Below are positions 10,224 to 21,693 of a DNA stretch of 64,000 nt, piece after piece. A program made the translations under genes and the position numbers. Position 1 is the first letter of the stretch; each line of letters starts with the position of its first letter. Source of the DNA: Candidatus Omnitrophota bacterium. Lineage in GTDB: Bacteria; Omnitrophota; Gorgyraeia; Zapsychrales; Zapsychraceae. The notes beneath the pieces are model-generated. The model had not been told where the DNA came from, did no database searches, and was given only the letters and a program-made list of their open reading frames with translations. The stretch lies in NCBI GenBank assembly GCA_020429915.1, contig JAGQKV010000002.1:405874-469873 (forward strand), read 5' to 3'.

Positions 10224-12047
10224 TTATTCCTTATTCAAAGATTCTTTGATGGCGTTTTCAATGGTCATCGGCGTAATAGGCCGGCCGGTTGCCCGGCAAA
10301 TCATCGGTTTGACATTGACCAATGTCTTTGAGCGCAAAAACATAGCCAATGGAGTCCGCTTGAGGTAATCGCCGAAGGCCAATTCGACCGTCACAACCCT
10401 TTTAAAGCGTTTAAAAATGTCGGCCAACATCAGCGGTAACGGATAAATAACCTTAAAACAAATCCCGCCCGCCTTAAGTCCCTGCTTCTGGCATGACACA
10501 ACTGCTTCGCTTAGAGCACCGAAGGTGCTCCCCCAGCCGATAACCAAAATATCCCCTTCTTGACAATCGCCGATCATCTCGGGTTCTCGGAGACTGCGCT
10601 GCACATGATGAATTTTCTCGTTACGAACGGCATGCGACCGCTGATTGCTCTTGGCGAAATAATTAACCTTTCCTTCTTCATCCGTATTCAAACCGGTGAC
10701 CCGCCGCATGTGCCCCGGGACTCCCGGAGGAGACTGATCACGGCGGACCATCTCAATGTCGTCCGGAAGCCGGCTCATGCCGAAATATTCGAGCACCTCG
10801 TCGGCGATCTCATCGACGTTTTCCTCCAAGGCGTATGCCTTCGGCTTGGGGATTACCTTGTAGCTGTTGGCCATCTGAAAGTCACTCATGATAAATACCG
10901 GCAGCCTCAATTTCTCGGCGAAATAGCGCGCGATTTGCGGCGCGTAGAAGCAATCCAAAATGGATCCAACTCCGATGACGACCTGGGTGTTGTCGCCGTG
11001 CGCCCCGTAGATCGCTGACAGCAGATCTGACTGTTCGGTCTTGGTCGGCATCCCGGTGGATGGCCCCGAACGTTGGACATCAGCGATGATGATCGGAATT
11101 TCCGCCGCCGACGCATAACCGATGAACTCCTGCTTAAGTGACAATCCCGGCCCCGAAGTCGCCGTCAGGGCCGGCGTACCGCCGTAGTACGCCCCGATCG
11201 CCGACCCGATTGCCGAGATCTCGTCTTCTGCCTGGTGCACCATGCCTCCGTACGACGGAAAGCTCCGCGCCAGCGTGTGCATAATTGACGAAGCGGGGGT
11301 AATCGGATATCCGCAGACGATCTTGATGCCGGCATCGATGATCCCCATGCTTAATGCGGTGTTGCCGTCGATAAGTATCTTCTCCTGTGAAGATTCGGCG
11401 GCTGAGGCGATCTCAAAACTAAAATCGAAATTGTTCGACGCGAAATGATGTCCTTCCTGGAAAATTTCGATATTACGCGCCAGCACTTCCTCTTTCAACT
11501 TCTTGCCGAAGGTTGCCGTGATCTCCTCGACCATAGTTTCTTCAGGAACGTTATACATGGCACTGATCATGCCGAGATAATACATATTTTTGCCTTTACC
11601 GGCCAAGGCTTTAATATCGGCCTTGGCGGTGTCGGTCAAATCAAAGGGAAATATTTTCAATCCCAGCTTCGTCGCGCGCTTACAGACCATTTCATAAGAT
11701 TCTTCATTCGTCTTTTGATCGCCGATATCCAACAAAACTCGACAGTTCGGATTATGCTCTTCATCGTCGAGACGTCGATCCAACACGATTTCGTGTTGGG
11801 CAATGAGGATGTCGGTGTCATTCCCGATGTTGGTCAAATCCGTGTCTCCGACGCGAATAATGGTGCCGGACAGGGCCGGCTTTGAACGGGCGGGTGGTGA
11901 AATTTCCGCCGGGATCATCGGTTCGATAAAAACATAGCGCCCGCTGTGGGCAAACGCGCGAATCAGGATATCACCGGCTTTTTGAGCACCGAAACCGGCA
12001 TCCATTAGCAGCTCCATGCGATGAATATGGTGGACTTCTTTTGACAT
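10224..12047 (-). CDS. korA: 2-oxoacid:ferredoxin oxidoreductase alpha subunit (fused gamma-alpha type)
   Basis: 607 aa with N-terminal gamma-like domain (AGFGAQKAGDIL) fused to alpha domain; paired with korB. Confidence 0.75.
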   Translation of the reverse strand: MSKEVHHIHRMELLMDAGFGAQKAGDILIRAFAHSGRYVFIEPMIPAEISPPARSKPALSGTIIRVGDTDLTNIGNDTDILIAQHEIVLDRRLDDEEHNPNCRVLLDIGDQKTNEESYEMVCKRATKLGLKIFPFDLTDTAKADIKALAGKGKNMYYLGMISAMYNVPEETMVEEITATFGKKLKEEVLARNIEIFQEGHHFASNNFDFSFEIASAAESSQEKILIDGNTALSMGIIDAGIKIVCGYPITPASSIMHTLARSFPSYGGMVHQAEDEISAIGSAIGAYYGGTPALTATSGPGLSLKQEFIGYASAAEIPIIIADVQRSGPSTGMPTKTEQSDLLSAIYGAHGDNTQVVIGVGSILDCFYAPQIARYFAEKLRLPVFIMSDFQMANSYKVIPKPKAYALEENVDEIADEVLEYFGMSRLPDDIEMVRRDQSPPGVPGHMRRVTGLNTDEEGKVNYFAKSNQRSHAVRNEKIHHVQRSLREPEMIGDCQEGDILVIGWGSTFGALSEAVVSCQKQGLKAGGICFKVIYPLPLMLADIFKRFKRVVTVELAFGDYLKRTPLAMFLRSKTLVNVKPMICRATGRPITPMTIENAIKESLNKE

Positions 12048-12171
12048 AGCTCCTCGATACTAAGGTAATGGATTTGGGGGTGTTGATTCGAGTTTCATCA
12101 TAGCACCAACCCTATCCAGTTCAATAAAATTTACCAATTTTTTGGGGATTTTTGCGTAAAATCGGCTGGAT

Positions 12172-13332
12172 TTACTGCCTTTTCTCAATACAGGGACGCA
12201 GATCCGCGGCGTCCTTCAAAACGGTCTTTGTTCGGGATTCCGGCTCATCCGGCCGCGTGATGTTCTGCGGGCCGGCGAGGATTTGTTCCAACGGAATCTC
12301 GGACTTAATGGTAAAACCGGCATCCCGGATCATTTCCAGAGTACGGCGACGGTCATCTCCCTTGGTATTGAGATATCCGTCCAAGAATAGGGAATCCGCA
12401 GCATACAGCCCCATCACCTGAAGGCTGCGCAGATGCATTTCACGCCCAGCCGCCATGCGGATCTCAGCCTGCGGATTGATAAACCGGTACAAACATAGCA
12501 CTCGCAGGGCATATTGCGGGGTCAGCCCCTGAGGATCGGTGAGCCGGTTCCCCGGGATCGGCATCAGGAAATTGACCGGTATCGACTCGACCTTGAGCTG
12601 GCTCAGTTCGATGGCGACATCGATCAGGTCCTGTGGATCCTCCTTCATCCCGACAATGACCCCCGAACAGAGCTGCAACCCGGCCTGACGGGCGGCCGCG
12701 AGTGTTTGCCGGCGGTCCGCATATGTGTGAGTCGAGCAAATAGATCCGTAATGCCGTTCGGAGGTATTGAGATTGTGATTAAGCCGGTCCAGACCCGCCT
12801 CCCGGAGGACTGCGGCTTTGTCGGCATCGAGCAAACCGGCTGAAACACAGACTTCCAGCGGGTAGTTTTCTTTGATTTTCCGGATCAGGGCGCCCAGACG
12901 CTCCACCCGACTTCGGGACGGTCCGCGGCCGGCAAATACCATGCAATACCGATGAGCCCCTTTTTCGTAGGCGGCTTTGGCCTCCTTGAGAAACTCCTCA
13001 TCGGACTTGAGCGGGTATTCGTGAATGGCGGAATCGGAGCTCTTGGCCTGGGCACAGTATTGGCAATCTTCCGGACAGTAACCATTCTGGCCGTTGTTGA
13101 TGATATGAATCGTAACTATATTTCCTCGGAATGACTTACGAACAACATACGCGCCATGAAGAAGGTCAAGGATATCAATATCCGGATCGGAAAGCACCTG
13201 TTCGGCGACATTCCTGTCGACCGGCTCCCCGGCCAAGGCCGCGGTCGTCAAGTTCTGGTAAAATTCTGCGTTCACATCTCCTCCTGCTTGGTTTTGAAAG
13301 GATATTGTATTACAAACACTTGTGAATATCAA
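12172..13332 (-). CDS. bioB: radical SAM protein, biotin synthase (BioB)-like with N- and C-terminal extensions
   Basis: CPEDCQYC CX3CX2C cluster motif, LNHNLNTSERHY (BioB YNHNLDT-like); start uncertain. Confidence 0.6.
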   Translation of the reverse strand: MIFTSVCNTISFQNQAGGDVNAEFYQNLTTAALAGEPVDRNVAEQVLSDPDIDILDLLHGAYVVRKSFRGNIVTIHIINNGQNGYCPEDCQYCAQAKSSDSAIHEYPLKSDEEFLKEAKAAYEKGAHRYCMVFAGRGPSRSRVERLGALIRKIKENYPLEVCVSAGLLDADKAAVLREAGLDRLNHNLNTSERHYGSICSTHTYADRRQTLAAARQAGLQLCSGVIVGMKEDPQDLIDVAIELSQLKVESIPVNFLMPIPGNRLTDPQGLTPQYALRVLCLYRFINPQAEIRMAAGREMHLRSLQVMGLYAADSLFLDGYLNTKGDDRRRTLEMIRDAGFTIKSEIPLEQILAGPQNITRPDEPESRTKTVLKDAADLRPCIEKRQ

Positions 13333-13368
13333 GCCGGACCTGGCCGGGGGAAGAAAACGGGAAAAAAT

Positions 13369-13397
13369 TTGGTTTTCTTTATATCAGTATGTATAAT
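13369..13397 (+). promoter_or_regulatory. predicted sigma70-type promoter (TTGGTT-17 nt-TATAAT) for 13426 gene, followed by AGGAGG RBS
   Basis: TTGGTT at 13369-13374, TATAAT at 13392-13397, AGGAGG 8 nt upstream of ATG 13426. Confidence 0.45.
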
Positions 13398-13425
13398 AGT
13401 AAGACATTTTTAAGGAGGATCCAGC

Positions 13426-15252
13426 ATGTCCAACCCGCACACATTCCATATACCGGTGATGGGAACCGCGTTTTCCATCGATACTCCGGTCAAGGTCGCT
13501 CCCTTCGGGATTTCGTCCGTTATTTCCCTGGTAGACGACACACTGATCGAGCAAATGCGCGAGTATTATGCCAACCGGTACCGTATGCAGTTTGAACCGA
13601 TCACCAAATACGACGCTGATTTCCGGGCCCGCCGGATCGAGGAATACCTGAACCTGGTCCGCCATATTGTCGAAGATCACTTCGAAAAGGTCCGCAACTC
13701 GTGTTTCGAGATGGGCGGCGAGATCACCAAGTACTTTGAAATGCTGGCCAACAACTCTCCGCTTAAAAAGCTCTACAAGGAAATGCTGGCGACCGAAGAC
13801 CATGATCTCAAAGCGGAGCTGCAGACCCGTCTGCGAACTTTGATGAAACCGGGCAGCATCGATGTCAACATCATGACCAAGTTGGACAGGACCAATTTCT
13901 CCAGCAAGCGGGAAGAACTCGGGATGGAATTCTCCGATGCTCTCTCCGCCCTGCGCGGGTATGCCCAAAGCACGTTAAATTCGGCTATCATATTCTCAGC
14001 CGGGATCAACCGGCGACTGTACAGCTATGTCGAAAAATTCGAAGATTTCTATGCCGACACCACGGGCCGGATCAAAAAGAAAATCGTGCTGAAGGTCAGC
14101 GATTACCGTTCGGCGCTCATTCAAGGACGCTTTTTTGCCAAGAAAGGATTGTGGGTTTCTGAATTCCGCATCGAATCCGGTCTGAATTGCGGTGGCCATG
14201 CCTTTGCCTCGGACGGATACCTGCTTGGTCCCATTTTGGAAGAATTCAAGAAAAAGCGGACGGAGTTGATTGAAACGCTCTTTAAGATGTGCAATGAAGC
14301 CCTAAGCCAAAAGCAGCGGCCCACGCTGGCGTACCCGCCGGAATTACGCATTACCGCTCAAGGCGGAATCGGCACGGCTCTGGAAGACAGCTTCCTGTTA
14401 AATTACTACGATCTGGACGGAACCGGCTGGGCATCCCCCTTCCTGCTGTGTCCCGAGGTGACCAATGTCGATCTCGAAACCCTGCATAAACTTTCCCGGG
14501 CCGGCGAAGACGACTTGTATCTCAGCGAAGTCTCACCGTTGGGAGTACCGTTCAATAATCTGCGCGACACGCAAAGCGATACGGAACGAGACCGCCGGAT
14601 TACGGCTGGACGTCCGGGGAGCGCATGCCCCAAGGGCCATCTCGTCTCCAATACGGAATTCACGGAGACCCCGATATGTACGGCCTCACGGCAATATCAA
14701 AAATTGAAACTGGAGCAACTCGTTCAGGCCGACCTGAATCCGGCCGAAAAGGAAGCCGAAATTAAGAAGGTCACGGTCAAATCATGCATCTGCCATGACC
14801 TAGGTTCGGCAGCCCTTCTCAACAACGATTTGGTGCGTAAGGGGCAAACCGCCTTCTCCGCCATTTGCCCGGGCCCCAACATGGCCTATTTTTCCCGGAT
14901 CGCTTCGCTCGAAGAAATGATCGCCCACATCTACGGACGCCTCAATCTGCTGAATACAGACAAACGCCCGAATATGTTTATCAAGGAATTGCGGATGTAC
15001 GTGGATTACTTCTGCAAGGAAGTGCAAAAGTCCCTTCCGCAGGTCACGAAAAAGCAACAGGCTTATCTGCAGGAATTCGAGGCGAACATGCTGGATGGAA
15101 TCAACTATTACCGGGGGCTTATTCCCAAGATGGTTGAGGAAACCAAAGAGTATCGCGACCGCGCGCTTGAAGAATTGGAAGAACACCGCTCTCGATTACT
15201 GTCATTTATAGCGAGCCATCCTTCTATTTTTCCGCAGAAGGTCACAACGTAA
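13426..15252 (+). CDS. hypothetical protein, 608 aa; weak NMO/FabK/PfaD-like FMN TIM-barrel motifs
   Basis: Long ORF with strong promoter+RBS; motifs HIPVMGTAFS, GLNCGGHAF, GGIGTALE loosely resemble the NMO/FabK family; not recognised otherwise. Confidence 0.5.
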   Translation: MSNPHTFHIPVMGTAFSIDTPVKVAPFGISSVISLVDDTLIEQMREYYANRYRMQFEPITKYDADFRARRIEEYLNLVRHIVEDHFEKVRNSCFEMGGEITKYFEMLANNSPLKKLYKEMLATEDHDLKAELQTRLRTLMKPGSIDVNIMTKLDRTNFSSKREELGMEFSDALSALRGYAQSTLNSAIIFSAGINRRLYSYVEKFEDFYADTTGRIKKKIVLKVSDYRSALIQGRFFAKKGLWVSEFRIESGLNCGGHAFASDGYLLGPILEEFKKKRTELIETLFKMCNEALSQKQRPTLAYPPELRITAQGGIGTALEDSFLLNYYDLDGTGWASPFLLCPEVTNVDLETLHKLSRAGEDDLYLSEVSPLGVPFNNLRDTQSDTERDRRITAGRPGSACPKGHLVSNTEFTETPICTASRQYQKLKLEQLVQADLNPAEKEAEIKKVTVKSCICHDLGSAALLNNDLVRKGQTAFSAICPGPNMAYFSRIASLEEMIAHIYGRLNLLNTDKRPNMFIKELRMYVDYFCKEVQKSLPQVTKKQQAYLQEFEANMLDGINYYRGLIPKMVEETKEYRDRALEELEEHRSRLLSFIASHPSIFPQKVTT

Positions 15253-15255
15253 GTA

Positions 15256-17115
<1,860 letters not shown>

Positions 17116-17264
17116 CTAATCAAGGATATAGATAATCACAAAAACCGCGATAAGAATTGCCAATATCAACAATACCATAAGCCATGCTATGGTCAGTGCG
17201 CGGGAGTCTTGAAGACGCTCGGCCCGCGCGGCGACAACCGGCCCCGCCGGGGCCTGAAGATATG

Positions 17265-17594
17265 TCAGCTGAATGACGTTCCGCAGCCGCAGCTGTTTGT
17301 CGCGTTGGGGTTTTTATACTGAAAACCGCTTTCTTTGAGCGTATCGACGTAGTGGATTTCCGTGCCCTTGATAAACGGCACGCTCTCCGGATTGATCAGG
17401 ATCTTGACTCTCCCCTGATCTACAATAATATCGTTGTCATACGGCTTCTTTTGAAAACGCATATCATAAGACAAACCCGCGCATCCACCCGTTACAACTC
17501 CCACGCGCAGATAAGCACCTTCCTTGCCCTCTCGTTCAGCCATGGCAAGAATCTTATCAACCGCGGGTTCGGTCAGACGAATAATGTTGTCCAT
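17265..17594 (-). CDS. iron-sulfur cluster insertion/assembly protein (HesB/IscA/ErpA family)
   Basis: 109 aa; C-terminal SCGCGTSF motif typical of A-type carriers. Confidence 0.8.
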   Translation of the reverse strand: MDNIIRLTEPAVDKILAMAEREGKEGAYLRVGVVTGGCAGLSYDMRFQKKPYDNDIIVDQGRVKILINPESVPFIKGTEIHYVDTLKESGFQYKNPNATNSCGCGTSFS

Positions 17595-17715
17595 ATTGGA
17601 AATCCTGTGGGTGTTGGTTACAATCTAAGAATATACCACACAGCTTATATAAGTCAATTTGTAACTTAATTGCTTGGGAGACGGTCGAACACCGGTGGGA
17701 TCCGGAACCTTCGAT

Positions 17716-18300
17716 TCACCGCCACTTGATGGAACATCCCATGGCGGGTTTTTGATCGGAATTGACGGGAAGACCCTGCGTGTACTGGTCAACGGCCGCC
17801 TTCAGCTCTTGTTGCCGGACCTTGGCTTCATTCTGCCAATTATCATCCAAACGACCGTGATAGACCAATTTTTGATTCTCATCAAGCAGGTACAAGTCCG
17901 GCGTACATTGGGCATCGAAAAGGCGTGCCGCTGATTGGTCCTCATCGATCAGATAAAGAAAAGGAATCTCCCACTCCTTAATTTTTTCCAGCATCTTAAC
18001 GGGGCTGTCTTCGGGGTAATCGGGGTGGATATTTGGATTCACGGCCACCGTCATAATGCCGCGCTTCTTGGCATATTCGGAAAGTGTAATCAGCCGCGGC
18101 CAAATCGCTTGGGCGTACGGGCAATGATTGCACATAAACGCCACGATCAGGCCGGCATGTTTTCCCTCGGCAAAGAATGCCTGGGAATCAAACATATCGC
18201 CAGCGGGAGATTTCAGCTGAAAGTGAGGGATTTTTTTGCCTAACGGAATTGCAATCGAGTTGACGAGCGCCATGCTGACTCCATCCTTTCTTATTTTCAT
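17716..18300 (-). CDS. thioredoxin-fold thiol:disulfide oxidoreductase (redoxin/AhpC-TSA family)
   Basis: 194 aa with CNHCPY CxxC motif; start may be internal Met at 18273. Confidence 0.6.
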   Translation of the reverse strand: MKIRKDGVSMALVNSIAIPLGKKIPHFQLKSPAGDMFDSQAFFAEGKHAGLIVAFMCNHCPYAQAIWPRLITLSEYAKKRGIMTVAVNPNIHPDYPEDSPVKMLEKIKEWEIPFLYLIDEDQSAARLFDAQCTPDLYLLDENQKLVYHGRLDDNWQNEAKVRQQELKAAVDQYTQGLPVNSDQKPAMGCSIKWR

Positions 18301-18348
18301 TATAAGTTGGACGGAGGGATTGTCAACCCATTCGGATTGACGGGTGGA

Positions 18349-18774
18349 TTAATTTGGCAACGGTTGGATGTAATAACCGGACACGCGCCATTGCTGATCG
18401 GTGTCGCGCATCGGGGTAACCGTCTCGACCGCCTTGCGGCCGTCTTCCAGGACCGATTGAAACAGCACCACGACGTATTCCCCCTTCGGGGCATTGGGCA
18501 ATTCCGTCATGTACGTCGAAGAAAGAAATTTACGCGAGGCCACCTTCCCCATCGTAGTGCGCACCCGTTTCAGCGATCCGATCCACTGCCCCAGGGTCAA
18601 TTGAGCCTGAAAATGCGACGCCGTTTCCTTGTAGCTCTCTTCATACTGTTCGTTATCAACGAGGACCAGCCAATTTAAGGCGACTTCCTTGATCCCTTGT
18701 TGTTTGGGTGCCTGGGCCCACGCCGGGACCGACAGGGCAGACACCAGCAACATAGTCACTAACACCTTTTTCAT
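18349..18774 (-). CDS. secreted hypothetical protein (DUF4019-like)
   Basis: Signal peptide MKKVLVTMLLVSALSVPAWAQA; ORF-track start at 18963 overextended, ATG at 18774 preferred. Confidence 0.5.
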   Translation of the reverse strand: MKKVLVTMLLVSALSVPAWAQAPKQQGIKEVALNWLVLVDNEQYEESYKETASHFQAQLTLGQWIGSLKRVRTTMGKVASRKFLSSTYMTELPNAPKGEYVVVLFQSVLEDGRKAVETVTPMRDTDQQWRVSGYYIQPLPN

Positions 18775-18823
18775 GATAAACTCCTTCACATCCGCAAATA
18801 GTGCGCTAATTTGGTTGAAATTG

Positions 18824-18851
18824 TTGATCTTTGTGTGGCCTCCGCTATAAT
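18824..18851 (+). promoter_or_regulatory. predicted sigma70-type promoter (TTGATC-16-TATAAT) upstream of MBL hydrolase gene
   Basis: TTGATC 18824-18829, TATAAT 18846-18851. Confidence 0.3.
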
Positions 18852-18907
18852 GATAGCCAAAAAGAACGGAAATGTTAATTACAATATTCGCTATTTTTTC
18901 GTAGTCG

Positions 18908-19564
18908 ATGGATCTCCCCGAACAACTCATACTGAAACAGTTTGAAATCGGCCCTTTAAACAACTTTCTCTATTTTGTCGGTGACGTGTCAAGCGGTGAA
19001 ATTGCAGTAGTTGATCCTGCCTGGGACGTCGATTTTCTGTGCCGCCAGGCTCAACAAATGAACTATTGCATTGTGGCGGTCTTCCTCACACACGGCCATC
19101 CCGACCACGTCAACGGTCTGGATAAAATCCTGTCCCGGCATGATGTGCCTGCATACATTTCACGGCATGAACCCCCATTCTTGACACCCAAGCACAAGAA
19201 TATCGTCACCACCGAAGACGGTCAAATCCTAAAAGTGGGATCCCGCGAGTTTCGCTGCCTGCTCACTCCCGGTCATACCCCGGGATGCCAAAGTTTTCTG
19301 TATGAAAATGTGATGATCTGCGGTGACGCCATTTTTGTGGACGGCTGCGGCCGTTGCGACCTGCCGGGAGGTGACGCCTCGGTAATGTATGACACCCTGT
19401 ACAATATTATTATGCCTCTGCCGGACGACACCGTCATCTTCCCGGGCCACAATTACGGCCCGACACCTTGCGCCACTCTTGCCAGCCAGAAGCGCACCAA
19501 CCCGTATTTGACGTGCCGTAACCGCGAAGAATTTCTGGTACACCGTATGGGCTACGCCGCCTAA
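18908..19564 (+). CDS. MBL-fold metallo-hydrolase (glyoxalase II-like)
   Basis: THGHPDHVNG metal-binding motif. Confidence 0.8.
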   Translation: MDLPEQLILKQFEIGPLNNFLYFVGDVSSGEIAVVDPAWDVDFLCRQAQQMNYCIVAVFLTHGHPDHVNGLDKILSRHDVPAYISRHEPPFLTPKHKNIVTTEDGQILKVGSREFRCLLTPGHTPGCQSFLYENVMICGDAIFVDGCGRCDLPGGDASVMYDTLYNIIMPLPDDTVIFPGHNYGPTPCATLASQKRTNPYLTCRNREEFLVHRMGYAA

Positions 19565-19569
19565 TCTGC

Positions 19570-20832
19570 ATGTTGTCCTTTTTCCGACGGCACCCGCATC
19601 TTCTCTTATTCGGCATTTTGCAAATATTCTTTTCCGCGCCGGGACAGACGTTCCTGATCGCGCTCTTCGTCGGCCCCATCTTCAAAGAGTTGTCTATTTC
19701 ACAGAGTCTTTTTGCCGGACTCTACTCCGCCGCCACACTTTCGGCGGCCTTGCTGTTGAATCCGGCCGGCCGGCTGATTGACCGCTATTACATCCACACC
19801 ATTGTCAAAATCGTCACGGTGGCGATGGCGCTGGGTTGCGGGCTGCTGGCCATTGCGACCGGGGTGTGGGCGGTGTTTATCGCCTTCTTTATCCTGAGGC
19901 TGATCGGGCAGGGAGTCTACGGGTTGTGCGCCTCCACGCTGATGATCAAGTCTTTTCATAAAAACCGCGGTAAGGCTATGGGCATTATGACATTGGGCTT
20001 TCCGCTGTCCGAGGCGGTCTATCCGGGTTTGGCCGTACTGCTGCTAAACACGGTCGGCTGGCGTAACAGTTATCTCGTGTTCGGGGCCGTGAATATCGTC
20101 CTCATGCTCCCGCTGCAGCTGTTTTTGCTGCGCCGGGCGAGTATTGTTCACGGTCAGTTTCAAGCCGGTGAAATCGACGTCAACCCCCAACATCTACGCG
20201 GCCACCCCGAACAACGCGAGGTCCGCCCTCATCGCGATGTCCCCTTACGGGATGTCATTCGCGACATCAAATTTTACTTGTTGATCGTGGCATCCTGCTT
20301 GCCGCCGATGATCGTGACGGGATTATTCTTTCATCAGAACACCTTATTTGAGGCCCATGGTTGGAACATGAGCCTGGCCGCCGGGGGCTTGATGCTCTAC
20401 GCCTTCTGTAAGGCAGCCGGATCGATTTGGATCGGCCAGGTAGTGGACCGCTACGGACCGATGCTCCCTTTCGGCGGACTGATTTTTTTACTGGGATTGG
20501 GAACGCTGCTGGCAGGTGTCGGCGGACCGCCGACGCAGGTCTATCTGTTCTTTGCGTTAATCGGAGCTGCTCTCGGTTTCAGCAGTCCCGTCACCAACGT
20601 GGTTTATCCGTACTTTTACGGCACCAAACACATGGGCAGCATTAAGGGCTTGGTAGCCACCTACCGCAACGGATTGACCGCTCTTGGGCCATTACCCGTC
20701 GCTGTGGCCCTCGATGCGGGGATCACCATACAAAGTGTTTTGTGTATTACGGCGGCCGGGGTCCTGTTGTTGAGTACCCTTCCCTGGCTGATCTTCCGTC
20801 TTGACCGGTCCGATCAACTTTCCGACCGATAG
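19570..20832 (+). CDS. MFS transporter
   Basis: 420 aa, ~12 predicted TM helices, MFS-like charge loops. Confidence 0.7.
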   Translation: MLSFFRRHPHLLLFGILQIFFSAPGQTFLIALFVGPIFKELSISQSLFAGLYSAATLSAALLLNPAGRLIDRYYIHTIVKIVTVAMALGCGLLAIATGVWAVFIAFFILRLIGQGVYGLCASTLMIKSFHKNRGKAMGIMTLGFPLSEAVYPGLAVLLLNTVGWRNSYLVFGAVNIVLMLPLQLFLLRRASIVHGQFQAGEIDVNPQHLRGHPEQREVRPHRDVPLRDVIRDIKFYLLIVASCLPPMIVTGLFFHQNTLFEAHGWNMSLAAGGLMLYAFCKAAGSIWIGQVVDRYGPMLPFGGLIFLLGLGTLLAGVGGPPTQVYLFFALIGAALGFSSPVTNVVYPYFYGTKHMGSIKGLVATYRNGLTALGPLPVAVALDAGITIQSVLCITAAGVLLLSTLPWLIFRLDRSDQLSDR

Positions 20833-21689
20833 CCCTTGAAAATTTGACCGTAAACCATTCCGTAGAAAACGCGGAATGGTAAAAATCGACGCAGCCGGTA
20901 CATAAAACGGCCGCCGCGGTCGGGAATACTGCGAAACGGAGGATTTTTTACGTTGATAAGCATCTCGACGTGCTTGGCCACGTCCTCGGGATCATTCTTG
21001 CTACGGGCCACATGATCCTCAACCAGTTTTTTCACGTGCTGAGAGAGTTCGTAGTACGGGCTGCTGGTGTTGAAAAAATTCTTGGCGTAACGGACGTTTT
21101 CGTCGAAAATCTTGGTACGGAAGGTCCCCGGGCGGATCAATAAAACATCGATTCCGAATATTGAAAGTTCATAGCGGAGGCTCTCGCTGAATGCCTCCAG
21201 AGCCCACTTGGTAGCGCTGTAAGCCCCGAACCCGGGTGTCGCGTAAAAGCCCTGGACGCTGGACATATTGATAATCTTGGCGCCGGTCTGCTGGCGCATC
21301 AACGGAATCGCGGCCCGGGTGACATTCTGGACGCCGAAGAAATTGGTTTCGAACTGCTCCCGGATATCCTCTTCCGACAGGTCCTCAAATGCCCCGCCGA
21401 TTCCATAACCGGCATTATTAACCAGGACATCCAGATTTCCGGCCTCCTGGGCTATCGTCTGCAGGGCCGCGTCAATCGTGGTGGGGTCGGTCACATCCAA
21501 ACGTAACACGGCCACTTCCCCGCCGCGCCGGTTGACTTCGCTGATAAGCGGTGCCTGCTTATCGGGATTGCGCATGGTGGCATAGACGCGGTGGCCGGCC
21601 GCCGCGAGACGGGCGGCCGTCAGAAGTCCGAAACCGCTGGAACAACCCGTAATCAGTATCGTCCTTGGTTTGATTTCGGATGAGGACAT
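20814..21689 (-). CDS. SDR family oxidoreductase
   Basis: TGCSSGFG Rossmann motif, YxxxK active site region (YSATKWA). Confidence 0.8.
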   Translation of the reverse strand: MSSSEIKPRTILITGCSSGFGLLTAARLAAAGHRVYATMRNPDKQAPLISEVNRRGGEVAVLRLDVTDPTTIDAALQTIAQEAGNLDVLVNNAGYGIGGAFEDLSEEDIREQFETNFFGVQNVTRAAIPLMRQQTGAKIINMSSVQGFYATPGFGAYSATKWALEAFSESLRYELSIFGIDVLLIRPGTFRTKIFDENVRYAKNFFNTSSPYYELSQHVKKLVEDHVARSKNDPEDVAKHVEMLINVKNPPFRSIPDRGGRFMYRLRRFLPFRVFYGMVYGQIFKGYRSES

Positions 21690-21693
21690 ATCG

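Noticed and set aside
18775-18963. ORF-track N-terminal extensions (DUF4019-like, ilvD, atpE, coxD, lipoprotein 26659, rSAM 30256)
   Set aside because: Extensions run into neighbouring genes or promoters, and the ORF track evidently allows TTG/GTG starts; internal ATGs with signal peptides or conserved N-termini were preferred.
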